Assembly: GCF_004010195.1 (NCBI RefSeq)
Contig: NC_057720.1
Span: 24,472,414 to 24,536,413 of the forward strand
Length of the DNA: 64,000 nt
Source of the DNA: Chiloscyllium plagiosum
Taxonomy: Eukaryota
Reading direction: 5' to 3'
This document shows positions 11,822-25,010 of this stretch, piece after piece; positions within the stretch are counted from its first letter, which is position 1; each line of letters starts with the position of its first letter. The notes below the pieces were generated by a model. That model had not been told where the DNA came from. It saw only the letters and a program-made list of their open reading frames with translations, and ran no database searches. The position numbers and the translations under genes are program-made.

Positions 11822-13301
11822 TGGGCTACACTGTCCTATCCCCCCTAGTCCAGGAACTCCCCACATACGTTCGGGACACCACCCACGCCCTCCACCTCCT
11901 TCAAGACTTCCGTTTCCCCGACCCCCAACGCCTCATCTTCACCATGGATATCCAATCCCTCTACACCTCCATCCGCCATTACCAGGGCCTCAAAGCCCTC
12001 CCTTTTTTTCCTCTCCTGATGTCCCCAACAGTACCCTTCCACCGACACTCATTTGTTTGGCCGAACTGGTCCTCACCCTTAATTTCTCCTTCGAATCCTC
12101 CAACTTCCTCCAGACCAAAGGGGCAGCCATGGGCACATGTATGGGCCCCAGCTATGCCTGTCTCTTTGTTAGCTACGTAGAACAGTCGATCTTCCATAAT
12201 TACACCGGCACCACTCCCCACCTCTTCCTCCGCTACATTGATGACTGCATTGGCGCCACTTCATGTTCCCGCGAGGAGGTTGAGCAATTCATCAACTTCA
12301 CCAACACATTCCACCCTGACCTTAAATTTACCTGGACCATCTCTGACACCTCCCTCCCCCTCCTGGACCTCTCCATCTCCATCAGTGACGACCGACTTGA
12401 CACTGACATTTCCTACAAACCCACCGACTCCCACAGCTACCTGGATTACACCTCTTCCCACCCTAACTCTTGCAAAAATGCCGTCCCGTATTCCCAATTC
12501 CTCCGCCTCCGCCGGATCTGCTCCCAGGAGGACCAGTTCCACACAGAAAACACCAGATGGCCTCCTTCTTTAGAGACCGCAATTTCCCTTCCCACATGGT
12601 TAAAGATGCCCTCCAACGCATCTCATCCACATCCCGCACCTCCGCCCCCAGACCCAACCCCTCCAACCGCAACAAGGACAGAACGCCCCTAGTGCTCACC
12701 TTCCACCCTACCAACCTCCGCATAAACCAAATCATCCGCCGACATTTCCGCCACCTCCAAACAGACCCCACCACCAGGGATATATTTCCATCCCCACCCC
12801 TCTCCGCCTTCCGCAAAGACCGTTCCCTCCGTGACTACCTGGTCAGGTCCACGCCCCCCTACGACCCACCCCCCCATCCCCTTCATCACCGCTCCCTCAC
12901 CACCAGACGCCTGGAGGAAGAACGCCTATTCTTCCGCCTCGGAACAGTTCAACCCCAGGGAATCAATGTGGACTTCAACAGCTTCTTCATTTCCCCTTCC
13001 CCCACTTCATCCTAGTTTCAAACTTCCAACCCGCACTGTCCCCTTGAACTGTCCGGACTTGTCCGACCTGCCTAACTCTTTTTCCACCTATCCACTCCAC
13101 CCTCTCCTCACTGACCTGTCACCTTTATCTCCTCCCCCACTCACCTATTGTACTCTATGCTACTTTCTCCCCACCCCCACCCTCCTCTAGCTTCAGGCTC
13201 TGCCTTTATTCCTGATGAAGGGCTTTTGCCCGAATCGTCGATTTTACTGCTCCTCGGATGCTGCCTGAACTGCTGTGCTCTTCCAGCACCACTAATCCAG
13301 A
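11822..13301 (+). mobile_element. Penelope-like retroelement, 5'-truncated, frameshifted, internally deleted
   Basis: RT motifs TMDIQSLYTSI, KGAAMGTCMGPSYA, RYIDD, YKPTDSHSYLDYTSSHP; C-terminus RRLEEERLFFRLGTVQPQGIN; C-rich; terminal pLTR with hammerhead-like motif. Confidence 0.92.
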
Positions 13302-13324
13302 AGATAGATTTAGGAATACGATGG

Positions 13325-14178
13325 CAAGGATACAGAACATAGCACCGGTACAGGCACTTCGGCCCAAGATGTCTGTGCTGACCATGATGCCATTCTAAAA
13401 TAATCCTATCTTCCTGCACATAGTCCATATTCCTCTATTCTGTGTCTGTTCTTGTCTCTGTCTGAGTGTCTCTTAAACATTTGTTATTATGTCTATTTCT
13501 ACCAATTTCCCATTCCAGGCACTTACTACCCTCTGTGTAAAAAACATCTTGCCTCCTATATCTCCTTAAAAACTTTCCCCCTCTCGCCTTAAAACTATGC
13601 TCCCTCACCCTGTCCATGCCTCAATTTTATATATTTCTATCTGGTCACCCTTCAGCCACCATTGTTCTAGTGAAAGCAATGCAAGTTTATCTTTATACCT
13701 GATATACTTTGATCCAAGTAACATCTTGATAATCCCTTTTTGTATCATCTCCAAAGCTTTCACACCCTTCCTTTGTGTTGCAATTGGAACTGCACACAAT
13801 ACTCCAAATGTGGCCTAACTAAAGTTCTTTATAGCTGCAAGATGGCTTACTAACTTTTATACTCCATAACTACCCTTTGTCTTCTATGTCCAAGCCAATT
13901 TTATATCCAACTTACCAACTCACCATGGGTCCTATATGACCTAATCTTCTGGACTGACTTACCATAAAGGTCTTTCTTAAATGTTTTAGTATAGTCCATG
14001 TAGATAAAATTAATTGCCTTACCCTCAATCATCTTTGTCACGCCCTCAAAAAAACTCAATCAAATTTGAGAGTCAAAACCTCTCCTGCACAAAGCCATGC
14101 TGATTATCCCCAACAAGTTTCCCGCAAATGTAAGTAAATCCTGTCCCTAAGAATCTTCGAATAATTTCCCTACCACCA
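13325..14178 (-). mobile_element. CR1 LINE fragment
   Basis: Minus-strand KALEMIQK..LLSLEQWWLKGDQIEIYKI plus 3'UTR. Confidence 0.8.
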
Positions 14179-15271
14179 TGAAAGGGCTGAAAAATGATTT
14201 CAGGGTTGAATGCAACACCAAATATACTTGAGATATAGTTGTCTCAGAAAAGGATGGCTAAGGACCAGTGTTTGTGGCAAATCTGAAGACATTACCTTCA
14301 AACCTCCTAATATTTGATTTGATAATTGGAGGTGAAGGTAGAGAGATGGTGATGGGAAGTGGTTTCAGAAGATAGCATGCAGTAAAGAAAGGATATTTCT
14401 CTGACAGTGAGCAGTTTGCACAGGTGAAAGCAGGATGTATTAGTGCATTGTGTGGACCAGCTAGATATGGCAGTGATCAGAAGGCAAAAAATGAGACAGT
14501 GTAGTGGGGAATGAGAGAGTGCAGTTGCAGAAAAATTGGGCAAGAGTTTTTTTTAAAAATCAGCAGCAAATATAGAGTTAGTATGTTTTGGAGAGTGGAA
14601 GCAGAGTGCAGGTGATGAGTGATACATAAAACTAATAAAGAAAGGCCTTTTCTGTGATTGATGCAAGGGAATAGCAAAGTCATATGAGATGCAAAGTCAG
14701 AGGAGGGGTCATGAATGGGGCTGAGAAGCTTACATGAAGAGAGAGATTAAGGGATGTAAAGATAGTGAACTCAGAAGAGTGAAAAGGATGAATTACAATG
14801 AGGGATAACATCATGTAGGACAAGAAGTCACTTGGTGCAGATGTTGGGAAACAAAGCAGTAAAAATAGTTTGTTGAAAAACTGGCATGCTAATGGGACAG
14901 GACTTTAAACAAGTGTTAAAAGGAGTGGAATCAGTGATTTGCTATATGTGTCAGATTATTGCATTGATGTAGAAAGAAATGGCTGTTATTTTTACTTTAC
15001 AATAATAATTTAAGCTGTTTTTGGGCCACCTCTGTAGCTTTTGTCAGTTTGAAATTATTCGATGACCTTAAGTTTCCGAATGGTTGCAATTTTGTATTTT
15101 CTATGTACAGCAGGAGGTAAAATCAAGTTTGCCCTCTCCTTAAATTTTCCATGGAAGATTCAGCATCAACATCATTATGCTGATGTACCCCTTAGGGAAT
15201 CTCGAGTGATAGTCTACCTAGATCTAACCATTAATCCATACATGAATTTCATGCACCGGTTAGTGGATGCA

Positions 15272-16078
15272 TCTAGAACAGAGAAAAGTACAGCACAGAA
15301 CAGGTCTTTTGGCCCACAATGTTGTGCTGAGGTTTAATCCTAATGTAAAATATAATAACTTAATATACGCACCCCTCAACTCACTGCTCTCCATGTGCTT
15401 GTTCAGCAGTCGCTGAAATGTCCCTAATGATTCTGCTTCCATCAGAACCGCTGGCAACGCATTCCATGCATTCACAACTCTCTGCGTAAAGAACCTACCT
15501 CTGACATCTCCTCTATACCTTTCCCCTAATATCTTAAAACTATGACCCCTCGTACCCGTCAATCCTGCCCTGGGGAAGTGTCTCTGGCTATTGACTCTTT
15601 CTATTCCTCACATTATCTTGTATACCTCGATGAGGTCTCCTCTCTTCCTCCTTCTCTCCAGAGAGAAAAGTCCGAGCTCTTTCAACCTTTCTTCATAAGG
15701 CAAGCCCTCCAGTCCAGGCAGCATCCTGGTAAACCTTCTTTGCACCCTCTCCAAAGCCTCTATCTTTCCTATAGTAGGGTGACCAGAACTGGACACAATA
15801 TTCCAAGTGTGGTTTCGATCCCCCTGTTAATGAAAGCCAAAACACTATATTCTTTCTTAACAACCCTATTCACTTGGGTGGCAATGTCGAGGGATCTGTG
15901 TACTTGCACACCCAGATTCCTCTGTTCCTCCATACTACCAAGAATTCTGTCTTTAATTCTATATTCAGCATTTGAGTTCGACCTTCTAAAATGCATCACT
16001 TCGCATTTATCCAGGTTGAACTCCATCTGCCATTTCTCAGCCAAGCTCTACATCCTGTCCATATCGCACTGCAGCCTG
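15272..16078 (-). mobile_element. CR1/HER1 LINE 3' fragment
   Basis: [50 protein letters not shown]. Confidence 0.92.
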
Positions 16079-16760
16079 TTTGAACTCTTTCATTCTTCTG
16101 GCCCTCTTGTGACTATTCATAAATAATTACATGGAGCGATAGAGGAAAATAGGATAGAATTATATAACTTATCTGATTTACTATCTAGTTAAATTAATGA
16201 TTGAAAAATTGAGTGTGATCTACTGTGGGTGTGTTATCCTTCCCATGCAGTTTTGCTGTTTGCACTGGGCCCCAGAATATTATTTACACTCAAACATAAG
16301 AAGAAAATCTGCCGGTTATACTGGACATATTCCAGTTAGAAGTTACTGTGTAGGGGCAGAGATGTGAAATAATTTAGACCTGCACTTTGAGACTGAGCTC
16401 TCATCAGTATTGTATGTAAATCAGATAGTCAGTGGGCAACAGGAACTTGGGGAAGCACTGTAAGAACCTGATCCATTTTGGTTTCAGGTCCTAAATATAA
16501 CATAATCAGCAAATTGTCACTGCAAACATGGACCCTGTTATCCCTTGTTGTTTAGGAAATAGGGAGCTGGGTAAGTTGTTGAATATGATTGGCCTGCAGC
16601 AACACATTATGAAGGAGGGATATGTGGGTGAGAGAGAATGTGAATCAGCAGCAGAAACATTATCAGGGCTGTGGATAGCATTTTGGACAGCATGTTATAC
16701 AATCACAAACATATTAACTGTTACTTTACAGTTCAAACCCATAAACTGCTACCTTAAGAA

Positions 16761-17039
16761 ATTAGATTAGATTTCCTACAATTTGGAAACAAGCCCTTCG
16801 GCCCAACTAGTCCACACGGACCCTCCAAAGAGTAACCCACCCAGACCCAGCACTTAACACTATGGGCAATTTAACATGAACAATTCACCTGACCTGCACA
16901 TCTTTGAACTGTGGGAGGAAACCCACACAGACACAGGGAGAATGTGCAAACTCCACACAGTTGCCCAAGGCTGGAATCGAACCTGGGATCCTGACGCTGT
17001 GAGGCAACAGTGCTAACCACTGTTCTACCACGCTGCCCC
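16761..17039 (-). mobile_element. HE1-type SINE
   Basis: (ttaga)n tail, core and head on the minus strand. Confidence 0.85.
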
Positions 17040-17244
17040 GTTCTAAACATCCAACCCACTGACAACATCTGTGTTAAATGTCCAACATCCAGGCCTTGTT
17101 GAGCAACAATTTTTGTTGTTAAATGTTAGGAAGACTTCAACAAACTTCCCATTTTGAACCTTGCCTCTAGCCACTGTCTCAATCTCAGGCAGTGCTTGCA
17201 ATCTCACCAACTTATGATCCCAAGAACACCTTCTGACCTTATAG

Positions 17245-17657
17245 ATGGAGGGAAGATATTATGAGGGAAGGCTGAGAGACTAGAGTCTGTCATTGAAAAG
17301 AAGAAGGCTAAGAGAGGATTTGATAGAGTTGATCAGAGGATTAGACAGAGTAGGCAGTGAAAGTATTTTTCTTAGGATGATGACATCAGCTTGTACGAGG
17401 GGGCATAGCTACAAATTGAGGGATTTAAGACAGATGTCAGAGACAGGTTCTTTACTCAGAGTGGTATGGGCATGGAATGCCTTGCCTGCCAATGTAGTTA
17501 ACTCAGTGACATTAGGGAGTTTTAAACCACCCTTGGATAAGCACATGGATAATTTTGGGATAGTGTAGGGTGATGAGCTTAGATTAGTTCACAGGTCAGC
17601 TCAACATTGAGGGCTGAAGGGCCTGTTCTGCACTGTATTCTATGTTCTACGTTCTAG
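17245..17657 (+). mobile_element. CR1 LINE 3' fragment
   Basis: KRRRLREDLIE..TRGHSYKL..WNALP; gttcta tail. Confidence 0.85.
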
Positions 17658-18000
17658 ATATAATCTTTCTCAACCTTTTCAGAGATGCTATTAAAAGATT
17701 CTGTCTCTGTAATAGCTCTCATCCTGCCTTGGTCTAACTGCTGCTGAAACCATTTCCACCAATAGACATAATTATTCACATTATCCATCCTCTGTAAAAT
17801 TCAGCTCAGGTGAAAAAAAGTGAGATGTTAGCAGGATGGCCTGAACGTCTACAATATTATCAGTTTATTTTGATATAAATCATAATTTGTTGAAAAGGTC
17901 ATTATTAGTGATGTGACTATTATTATTATTGTGCATCATCAATACTGTTTATAAGGACTTGACCAGAAAGAAGGAATGATTGGTAACTTTCTTTTCTCAG

Positions 18001-18136
18001 GAAAATGTAGCTCTTATCAAGGAGATTAATGATCTGCGGCATGAGTTGAAGGTTGCTCGAATAAAGGGGCATGATCTGGAAGTAGCTCTTGGAACTCTTA
18101 AGAAGAATAAGAAACCATGTGCTGTTGAATTTAAAG
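18001..18136 (+). CDS. CFAP57: CFAP57 penultimate coding exon
   Basis: cttttctcag acceptor, gtaaaa donor; 136 nt ending in phase 1; ENVALIKEINDLRHELKVARIKGHDLEVALG matches human ENVSLIKEINELRRELK. Confidence 0.92.
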
Positions 18137-18276
18137 GTAAAATATTTCAATGGCATCTGTAATTCACAGAGAAACAGAAAATAAAGAAGTTTAGAATATG
18201 CAGTGTGTATAATCTCGATCAACCAATCTTGGGATCTCTATTGAATTAGAAATATATCTACCAATATTCCAATAAA

Positions 18277-18580
18277 GGGCAGCATGGTGGCTAAGTGGTT
18301 GGCACTGCTGCCTCACAGCGCTAGAGACCTGGGTTCGATTCCACCCTCAGGCAACTGTCTGTGTGAAGTTTGTACATTCTCCCCATGTCTGTGTGGGTTT
18401 CCTGTAGATGCTCTGGTGTCATCCCACAGTTGAATGATGTGTAGTTTAAATAATTGGCTATGGGAAGTGCAGGGTTACAGGGATGGGGTGGATCTGGGTG
18501 GAGTGCTCTTTGGAGAGTCAATGTGGACTTAATGGGCCAATGGCTTGCTTCTACACTATAGGGATTCTGTTATTCTATGA
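18277..18580 (+). mobile_element. HE1-type SINE
   Basis: Full head with A/B boxes, core and tail. Confidence 0.88.
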
Positions 18581-19428
18581 ATATTCAGACCAATCTTCAT
18601 TTGACAGCATTGGGGTGGAATAGGAAAATGTTACTTCAAAACCCAAACCCATTGAACCTTACAAAAAGATTTAGGGTAGTTTTTCTGGCCCTGGAGCTAT
18701 TGCATATCCTAGGCAAGGCAAATATAGGAAAATCACGAGCGAGGAATTCACTTCAATAAAAGACATCAAAACAACTCCCTGACTAGTAATTAAAATGAGC
18801 AGAAAATTGGACAGGCCCTGTTATGAGCTTTGGCTTCTCTGTGCCCCATTTTCCTGACTAGGAAAGTCTACCTCTGTGTGAATTTGGATTTTCTTATTTG
18901 TTTAAAATATTGGAGTTAAAATTCCATGGGAAATTATCCTAACAGTCCACTTCAATTATGTCACTTTTCAAAGTTTTCCATTCCATCCCACCAAAGTTAC
19001 AACAGACTATTCGGAGAACCCTGTGAAAATTCCCTTCCATTACATCTTACAAAGACTGGCACCATGCTATTACAAACATGTACCAGTCTTTCTTTTGAAA
19101 GAGTAACTGATACAATGTACAAGGGAAGATGAGCATTCTATTCCTGAAAATTTGTTGTTAAAGGACAAAATTAGAATCAAACCCTCCATATTATTTGCAT
19201 TTATTTCAAGTTCTTATTACAAACAACACTCCCAACTCACATTCACTGTCTGTGGCTATTTATAGGAGCTAAAGTAATGCCCACTTAATGCCTACTACTT
19301 GTGTAGAATTAAATGCAGTAGCTAGCAGTGGGCAGAACTATGGGCATAGGATTGGAGATAAATGCCCAAAAAGTGCAGTTAGGTCAGGAACCTGTCATCC
19401 TTTCACCCACTTTTGGGTTGATCCTCAT

Positions 19429-19725
19429 CATAGATTCCTCCGGTATGGAAACAGGCTATTTGGCCCAACAAGCCCACACTGACCCTCCAAAGAGTATCCC
19501 ACCCAGACCCATTCCCCCTAACCAATGCATCTAGCCTAGACATCCCTGAACACTATGGGCGATTTAGCATGGCCAATTCACCTAATCTGCACATCTTTGG
19601 ATCATGGGAGGAAAGCCACAGAGAATGTGCAAACTTCATACAGATAGTCACCCAAGGCTGGAATCAAACCTGGGTCTCTGGCATTGTGAGGCAGCGGTGC
19701 TAACCACTAAGCTACCATGCCACCC
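19429..19725 (-). mobile_element. HE1-type SINE
   Basis: Reverse complement of full-length element. Confidence 0.88.
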
Positions 19726-19797
19726 TAGGATGGGCTTGGAGGTCAACAGGCAACTCATGTACAACTTTAAGGGAAGTAATTGAAGTATTCAAGTCAT

Positions 19798-19972
19798 AGA
19801 GTCATAGATGTACAGCATGGAAACAGACCCTTCGGTCCAAGCCGTGAATGCCAACCAGATATCCCAACCCAATCTAGTCCCACCTGCCAACACCCGGCCC
19901 ATATCCCTCCAGACTCTTCCTATTCATATACCCGTCCAAATGCCTTTTAAATGTTGCAATTGTACTAGCCTC
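19798..19972 (-). mobile_element. CR1/HER1 3' tail
   Basis: Reverse complement of 3440-3614; caagtcat on both sides. Confidence 0.85.
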
Positions 19973-20819
19973 CAAGTCATGTGAGTTTCTCAAAATGGAG
20001 AACTGTGACCACAGGGATCCGTGCTGGGACCACTGTTGTTTGTGATATACATAAATGATCTGGAGGAAGGTAGAGGTGGTCTGATTGTAGATCATGAACT
20101 TTTGTTTGACCTTGCACTTTGACTTTAACAAGTCAGCACATAAGTTCCTCGAGCTCTCTACGTTTTACCAGCTGCATGAGGTGACAGCACATAGGGTACG
20201 CTAAATTAATGAAATTGGTGTACTAGGAACACTTTAAAAACTAAAATTATTGTGTTCATGGACAGTCACAGTGAAATGCTTTCAGGATCCTTACAGGTTG
20301 AATTAAGATACTAGGTGTCAAATTCAATCTTTAGGAACTTCTTTCAAATGCCTCAAAGTATAAGCATCCCTTAGTCTTTAATTCCTTGCTGTCAGCCTTC
20401 AGTGCTACATGAGAGCAGTTTGCACAGCAGTAGGCTGGATCTCTGTTGAACAACAAGAGAACCACCACAAGCAACAGTACCAGGAACAGCAGGGCCAACA
20501 GCAGCACTATTTGCCTCATTGTGAGCCACGGCCGTTCCATGGAACAGAAGGTGTGGACTTTGAGATCCATCTCCAGAAATTAAAACCTCCAACCTGGATT
20601 ATACCGTCAAAGGGTCAGCTTGCTCAATATGTTGCAAGTGTCAGTGTCTCAGGAGGTGCAGGTTTTCAAAGCAGGTTGGTGCTACCATCCACCATTCCTG
20701 GGAACAAGATTTATTTTACTGTAGTTGTCATGTTCCTATTACTGAAAGGCCACTGTTCCCTGCAGAGAATTGGGACATGGCACTTGAAAGTATAATTCCC
20801 ACTCACCTTTCCTACCCTC

Positions 20820-22430
20820 TTGAGGTCCTAGATCTCTTGGTGCACTGTTCCTTTATTGAAGGGATCAAACTTTTGCTGCTAACCTTTTTGATCTCTTACA
20901 GATATTCTGATTTAATTGGTTGGCCTCTTTCACTCTAGGGAGCTATAAACTCATTCTGCAGCAAACCCTCCAAGAAAGAATGAGAGACCTAGGAAGCAAT
21001 CTTTTCAGGTCTCCTCACCATTCCAGTTGCAACCTCATCTATCATGTATCCGCCTACTCCACCAACTTGTCTATGTCATTCTGGGTTCCACACTATCCCC
21101 CTCACCGTTTACAATTCTCCCAAGTTTTGTGTCTTCTGCAATTTTTGAAATTGCTAAGATCTTGCCAACATACCAAGATCTTGATCATTAACGTACATCA
21201 GGAAAATCAGAATCCAATACTGACCCCTGGGGAACTACATCACAAATTTTTCTCCAGCCTGAAAAATATCCATTATTCTGTTTTCTGTCACTCAGCCAAT
21301 TTTGTGTACCTGCTGCTACTGACCTTTGTTTTCTATTACCTATAATGTTCCTCACATGTCTGTTGTGTGGCATAATATCAAGTAGCAAATATCAATGTCA
21401 TCTGCAAACATCCTGATTATACCCACCACATGTAAGCCCAAACCATTAAAGTACACCATAGATAACAATGACCCCAGCAAAGAGACCTGTAGAAATCCAG
21501 TGGGAATAGTCTTTTACTTACACATATATCCGTCTATCATCACCCTCTTTCACAATCATTTTTGGACCCAACTTGCCACTTTTCTTTGGATCCGCTGGGT
21601 TCTTACTTACTTGGCCAGTCTGACAACTGAAAGCCTTGCTAAAGTCCATGTAGACTGCATCAAAAACATCATCTTCATCAACAATCCTTGTTACCTCCTC
21701 AAAATTTGCAAATTCAAAGTTTCCTTAACAAATCCATGCTGACTATCCCTGATTAATCCATGCCTCTCTAAGTTCAGATACATTCTGTCCTCTGAATTCT
21801 TTCTAGTAACCTCCCTATCACCTGGTGTAAGACTATCAGGCCCATAATTTCCTCACCTCTTCATTCCTCCCTCTTTTAATAATGGGACAATGTTAGTAGT
21901 CCTCCAGTCCTCTGGTTGGACTGCATTTGAAAGTTACTGCCCCTGATATCTCTTCCCTTGCCTTCATCAACTGTCCAGTGAGTTAGGAATCTATATGTTT
22001 ATTCATTTTTAAAAGTTGTGAAATCCAACTTTCTCTCCAACTTTCTCCTCTCTCTCTGTATGTTAATTTCTTCTGTTGTTATTTCACAATCATCTACCCT
22101 AATGTCTAAACCTGTCTTCCATTGTGTAGACTGGTGCAAAGTATTCATTGAGGTCTGTGCCCACATCTTCTGGGTACACACACACATTACCTCTATGGTC
22201 CCTAATGGGTCTACTGTTGCCATAGTTATTCTCTTGCTCTTAAATATTTTTTTCTAAAAACAATTTAGATTTTCTTTATTTTACTGAACTACTTTCTAAT
22301 GCCCTCTCTTCCTTTCCTAAGTTCCTTTTAAGATCCCCTAGAAATTGTTATACTCCTCTAGAGACTGCCATGTTGAGCCCTCAGTATCTGCCATAAGCTT
22401 CTCTTTTTTTTCCTTAATCCTGTTTATGTC
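20820..22430 (-). mobile_element. Cluster of old CR1 fragments
   Basis: Minus-strand WLSDRKQ..VPQGSVL and tcatctgcaaa (FADD) motifs; heavily degraded, boundaries approximate. Confidence 0.65.
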
Positions 22431-22672
22431 TCAAGGCTGCTGTGTCACCTCCATTATGACCGTGACTATGTTTCATAAAATTATTTAATTGTTGCAATGC
22501 ACTTTCCTACATCCTAAGGTTGCACTGTATCAATGCAAACGTTTTGTCTCTTTCACTCACCTCAATTCAAGGGGAAAAGACATACATTTGATTCTCTGCA
22601 AATGGTGGAAGTGTTCAGTAACTGTATATTGAATAAAGGGACAAACGTATTGGTTTTGTTTTCTTTCCCCAG

Positions 22673-22833
22673 ACAATTGCTCTCGGAATGCAGTCACACG
22701 TCTTAATTTTGATCATGAGTCGGAACGGATAATTGAACTTCAACAACTGGAAATTAAAAGGCTTCAGGAACAAAATCAAGCAAAGGAGGATGCCTACCAG
22801 TCTGCTGGAATATTACCTGCACTTACTACCTAA
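22673..22833 (+). CDS. CFAP57: CFAP57 terminal coding exon
   Basis: ttctttccccag acceptor; phase fits previous exon (G+AC=Asp); ..TRLNFDHESERIIELQQLEIKRLQEQ..AGILPALTT then TAA; resembles human ARLN..RIIEMQRLEIQRL. Not in the supplied ORF track. Confidence 0.88.
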
Positions 22834-23508
22834 TTAACGTTTCAAATATGTGAGAACCTAGCACAGAATGTACATCCTTCCTTGTGTGCACACTATGAAC
22901 TCTCAGCACAATTTCTAATTAATTATGCTTCATATTAAGTTAGTTTACTTTCTCCTTTCAAAAGCTGCTCATCTGCTGAATAATCCAATCTGTTTGAAAA
23001 CATTGAACTCACCAATATTTAAAGGGTATCTTATTAAACTTATACAACATCTGTGTTCCATTAAAAGAAAGTTTCCCAATTAGTAGGATGCTTCACTTAC
23101 TGTATTTGTTCAAATTAGATTGTTCATTTAAGCAAATTAAATCAGTAATATTAAAGTAGTTGGACCTGTGTTTAGAGAGTTTTTATTCATTTTTGATTAG
23201 AAGGTGGGGAAGGCTGATTATACTACAGACCATGTGAAATTGAAGGTGGTGTAACACAGCAAACAAATGTGAAAGTTTGGATTGATAGTTAACAACAAAT
23301 TAAAGCAACTGGATGTTGCATGTGCTACTCTTTTCTGTGTTAGTGTCTGTACCTGCTCAGCAGTTCCCTCTGGTGGAATCTTTACACCTTCAAAATTTGT
23401 CTGTAGCTTATTTTGTGTGGCGACATTGTGAGCTGGATTTTCACTGCAATATAGGAAACAGTAGGAAAATCTATTTATGTGTCAGCAATCTGTCTCCAGT
23501 GGTAAATG

Positions 23509-23514
23509 AATAAA
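23509..23514 (+). terminator. Candidate CFAP57 polyadenylation signal
   Basis: First AATAAA I found after the stop codon; ATTAAA variants occur earlier (about 23033, 23060). Confidence 0.35.
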
Positions 23515-23714
23515 AATTCATTTTTCATGGGGGTTGAGCCCTTAATTGAAATGTAAATTGATTTGGGTCCAATTAATGCTAATGAGCACAGGAATGGAGA
23601 TGAGTCAGTTGGAGAGGGAACTCATTCAGATGCCCACAGCTGACTGAGACTGCTGTTTGTGCCAAAATCTTTCACTGCATGACAGCAAAGTGAAATGTCA
23701 CTGTGGAGCCAGGA

Positions 23715-24050
23715 AAGGTAGTGGCCTCGTGGTTTTATGGCTATACTGTTAATGGCGAGACCCAGGTAATATTCTGTGGACCCAGGTTTGAATCCTGTCT
23801 TGGCAGATGGCAGAATTTGAATTTAATTAAAGAAAAATCTGGTATTAAGTGTCTAATAATGTCCATCATCAAGATAAGCTCATCTGGGTCACTAACATCT
23901 TTGAGGGAAGGAAAATGTCTGGCCTGGTCTGGCCTTCATGTGACTCCACAGCAATGTGGTGGACACTTAACTGCGCTCTGGGCCATTAGGGATGGACAAT
24001 AAATGCTGGCCTAGCCAGCATCACCTTCATCCTGTGAATGATTAAGTAAA
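23715..24050 (+). mobile_element. tRNA-derived SINE with LINE-shared tail
   Basis: A/B-box-like head; tail attagggatggacaataaatgctggcctagccagc resembles the LINE end near 51300 and the minus copy at 56650-57250. Confidence 0.65.
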
Positions 24051-24249
24051 AACAGGAAAAGGAGGTCCACCTCCCAGTAATTAGCAGGAGGAATCACCTT
24101 GTCATACAGCAGCATTTCTGTTCTTCATTATTTTCCTCTCCTCCAAATCCTCCTCCGCTCCTACCACCTGCACCTGTTCTGCCACCCGGCAACACCCATT
24201 TCCCCACCCACCCTCATCTCCATTGCATTTTCTCATTAAGGTCTTACTA

Positions 24250-25010
24250 TCCTCAAAGTCTATACTTCGTGAAGGGCCATATTATGGAGACTGCAGCAGA
24301 CCACCCTAATAACTGAAGGCGGCTATCATAGTGTGCCACTTGATGCACCAGACATTGGTTCAGAGAACACTGGGTCCAATCACAATTGGGAATCTGAATG
24401 TTGTCCAACCTCAGTGAAGAGAACATCTGACCTCTGGGTGATGCACTGATGTGCAGCTATTTATGCAATGCCATGGAGGGCACAGATGTCTGTGACCTTC
24501 TGCTTAGGTAACAACAATCACCATTAGAACGGATACTGTTATGCACTGGTCTGTTTACCTTTTCCTGCAAATTCTGGATTTCCAATAGTTCCTCCTTCAT
24601 GACCCTCACCTCTCTGGTTTCCTGGTGCCCAGAGCTTAGCCTTTCTTATGCAGGCTGCTGCACCCCATCTCCAATTGCCTTGATTTCTGAGGGCGCTGTC
24701 CTTCTTTCATGATCTCACACCTTGCGCCAATGCCCTTGGAGGGTAATGAGTCGTGAATTGGCAAAGTTCTTAATGTTGGTACCTCCTCCCCTGACCTGTT
24801 TTGGGCTGCTGCAATGTAAACTTACTTTTTTAAACTTTTCCGGTCTCTGAAATGATCCTCATCTACCTTCAGCTGGATCCGGGAAAATCCTGGAGATAGG
24901 CTTTTATTAAACCTTTAACGATGCTTAATTGTCCTACTTAGGAGTGACTGCAAGTTCACTAGCCACAGCCCACCCAGCTACACCTGCAGGAAAATTGGTA
25001 ACACCAGAAA
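24250..25010 (-). mobile_element. Possible PIF/Harbinger-type DNA transposon remnant
   Basis: Locally GC-richer; short minus-strand peptide VTDICAL recalls Harbinger transposase N-terminal region; weak. Confidence 0.3.

Larger units (their letters stand above)
11275..14950 (-). mobile_element. Old L2-like LINE remnant (11275-11820 and about 14180-14950) hosting Penelope and CR1 insertions
   Basis: Purine-rich degraded sequence resembling other L2-like tails in the window (33750, 34760, 53345); family by recall. Confidence 0.5.

Noticed and set aside
11821..13190. Overlapping 100-211 aa ORFs as host genes
   Set aside because: Frameshifted pieces and shadow frames of the Penelope element.
18672..18873. 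Possible MITE with ggtag..ctacc inverted ends
   Set aside because: Inverted ends are too short and degenerate to support without a repeat library.
20331..20795. Gln-rich ORF and its antisense hydrophobic ORF
   Set aside because: Low-complexity CAG/CAA stretch with no splice or homology support; possibly a DNA transposon remnant.
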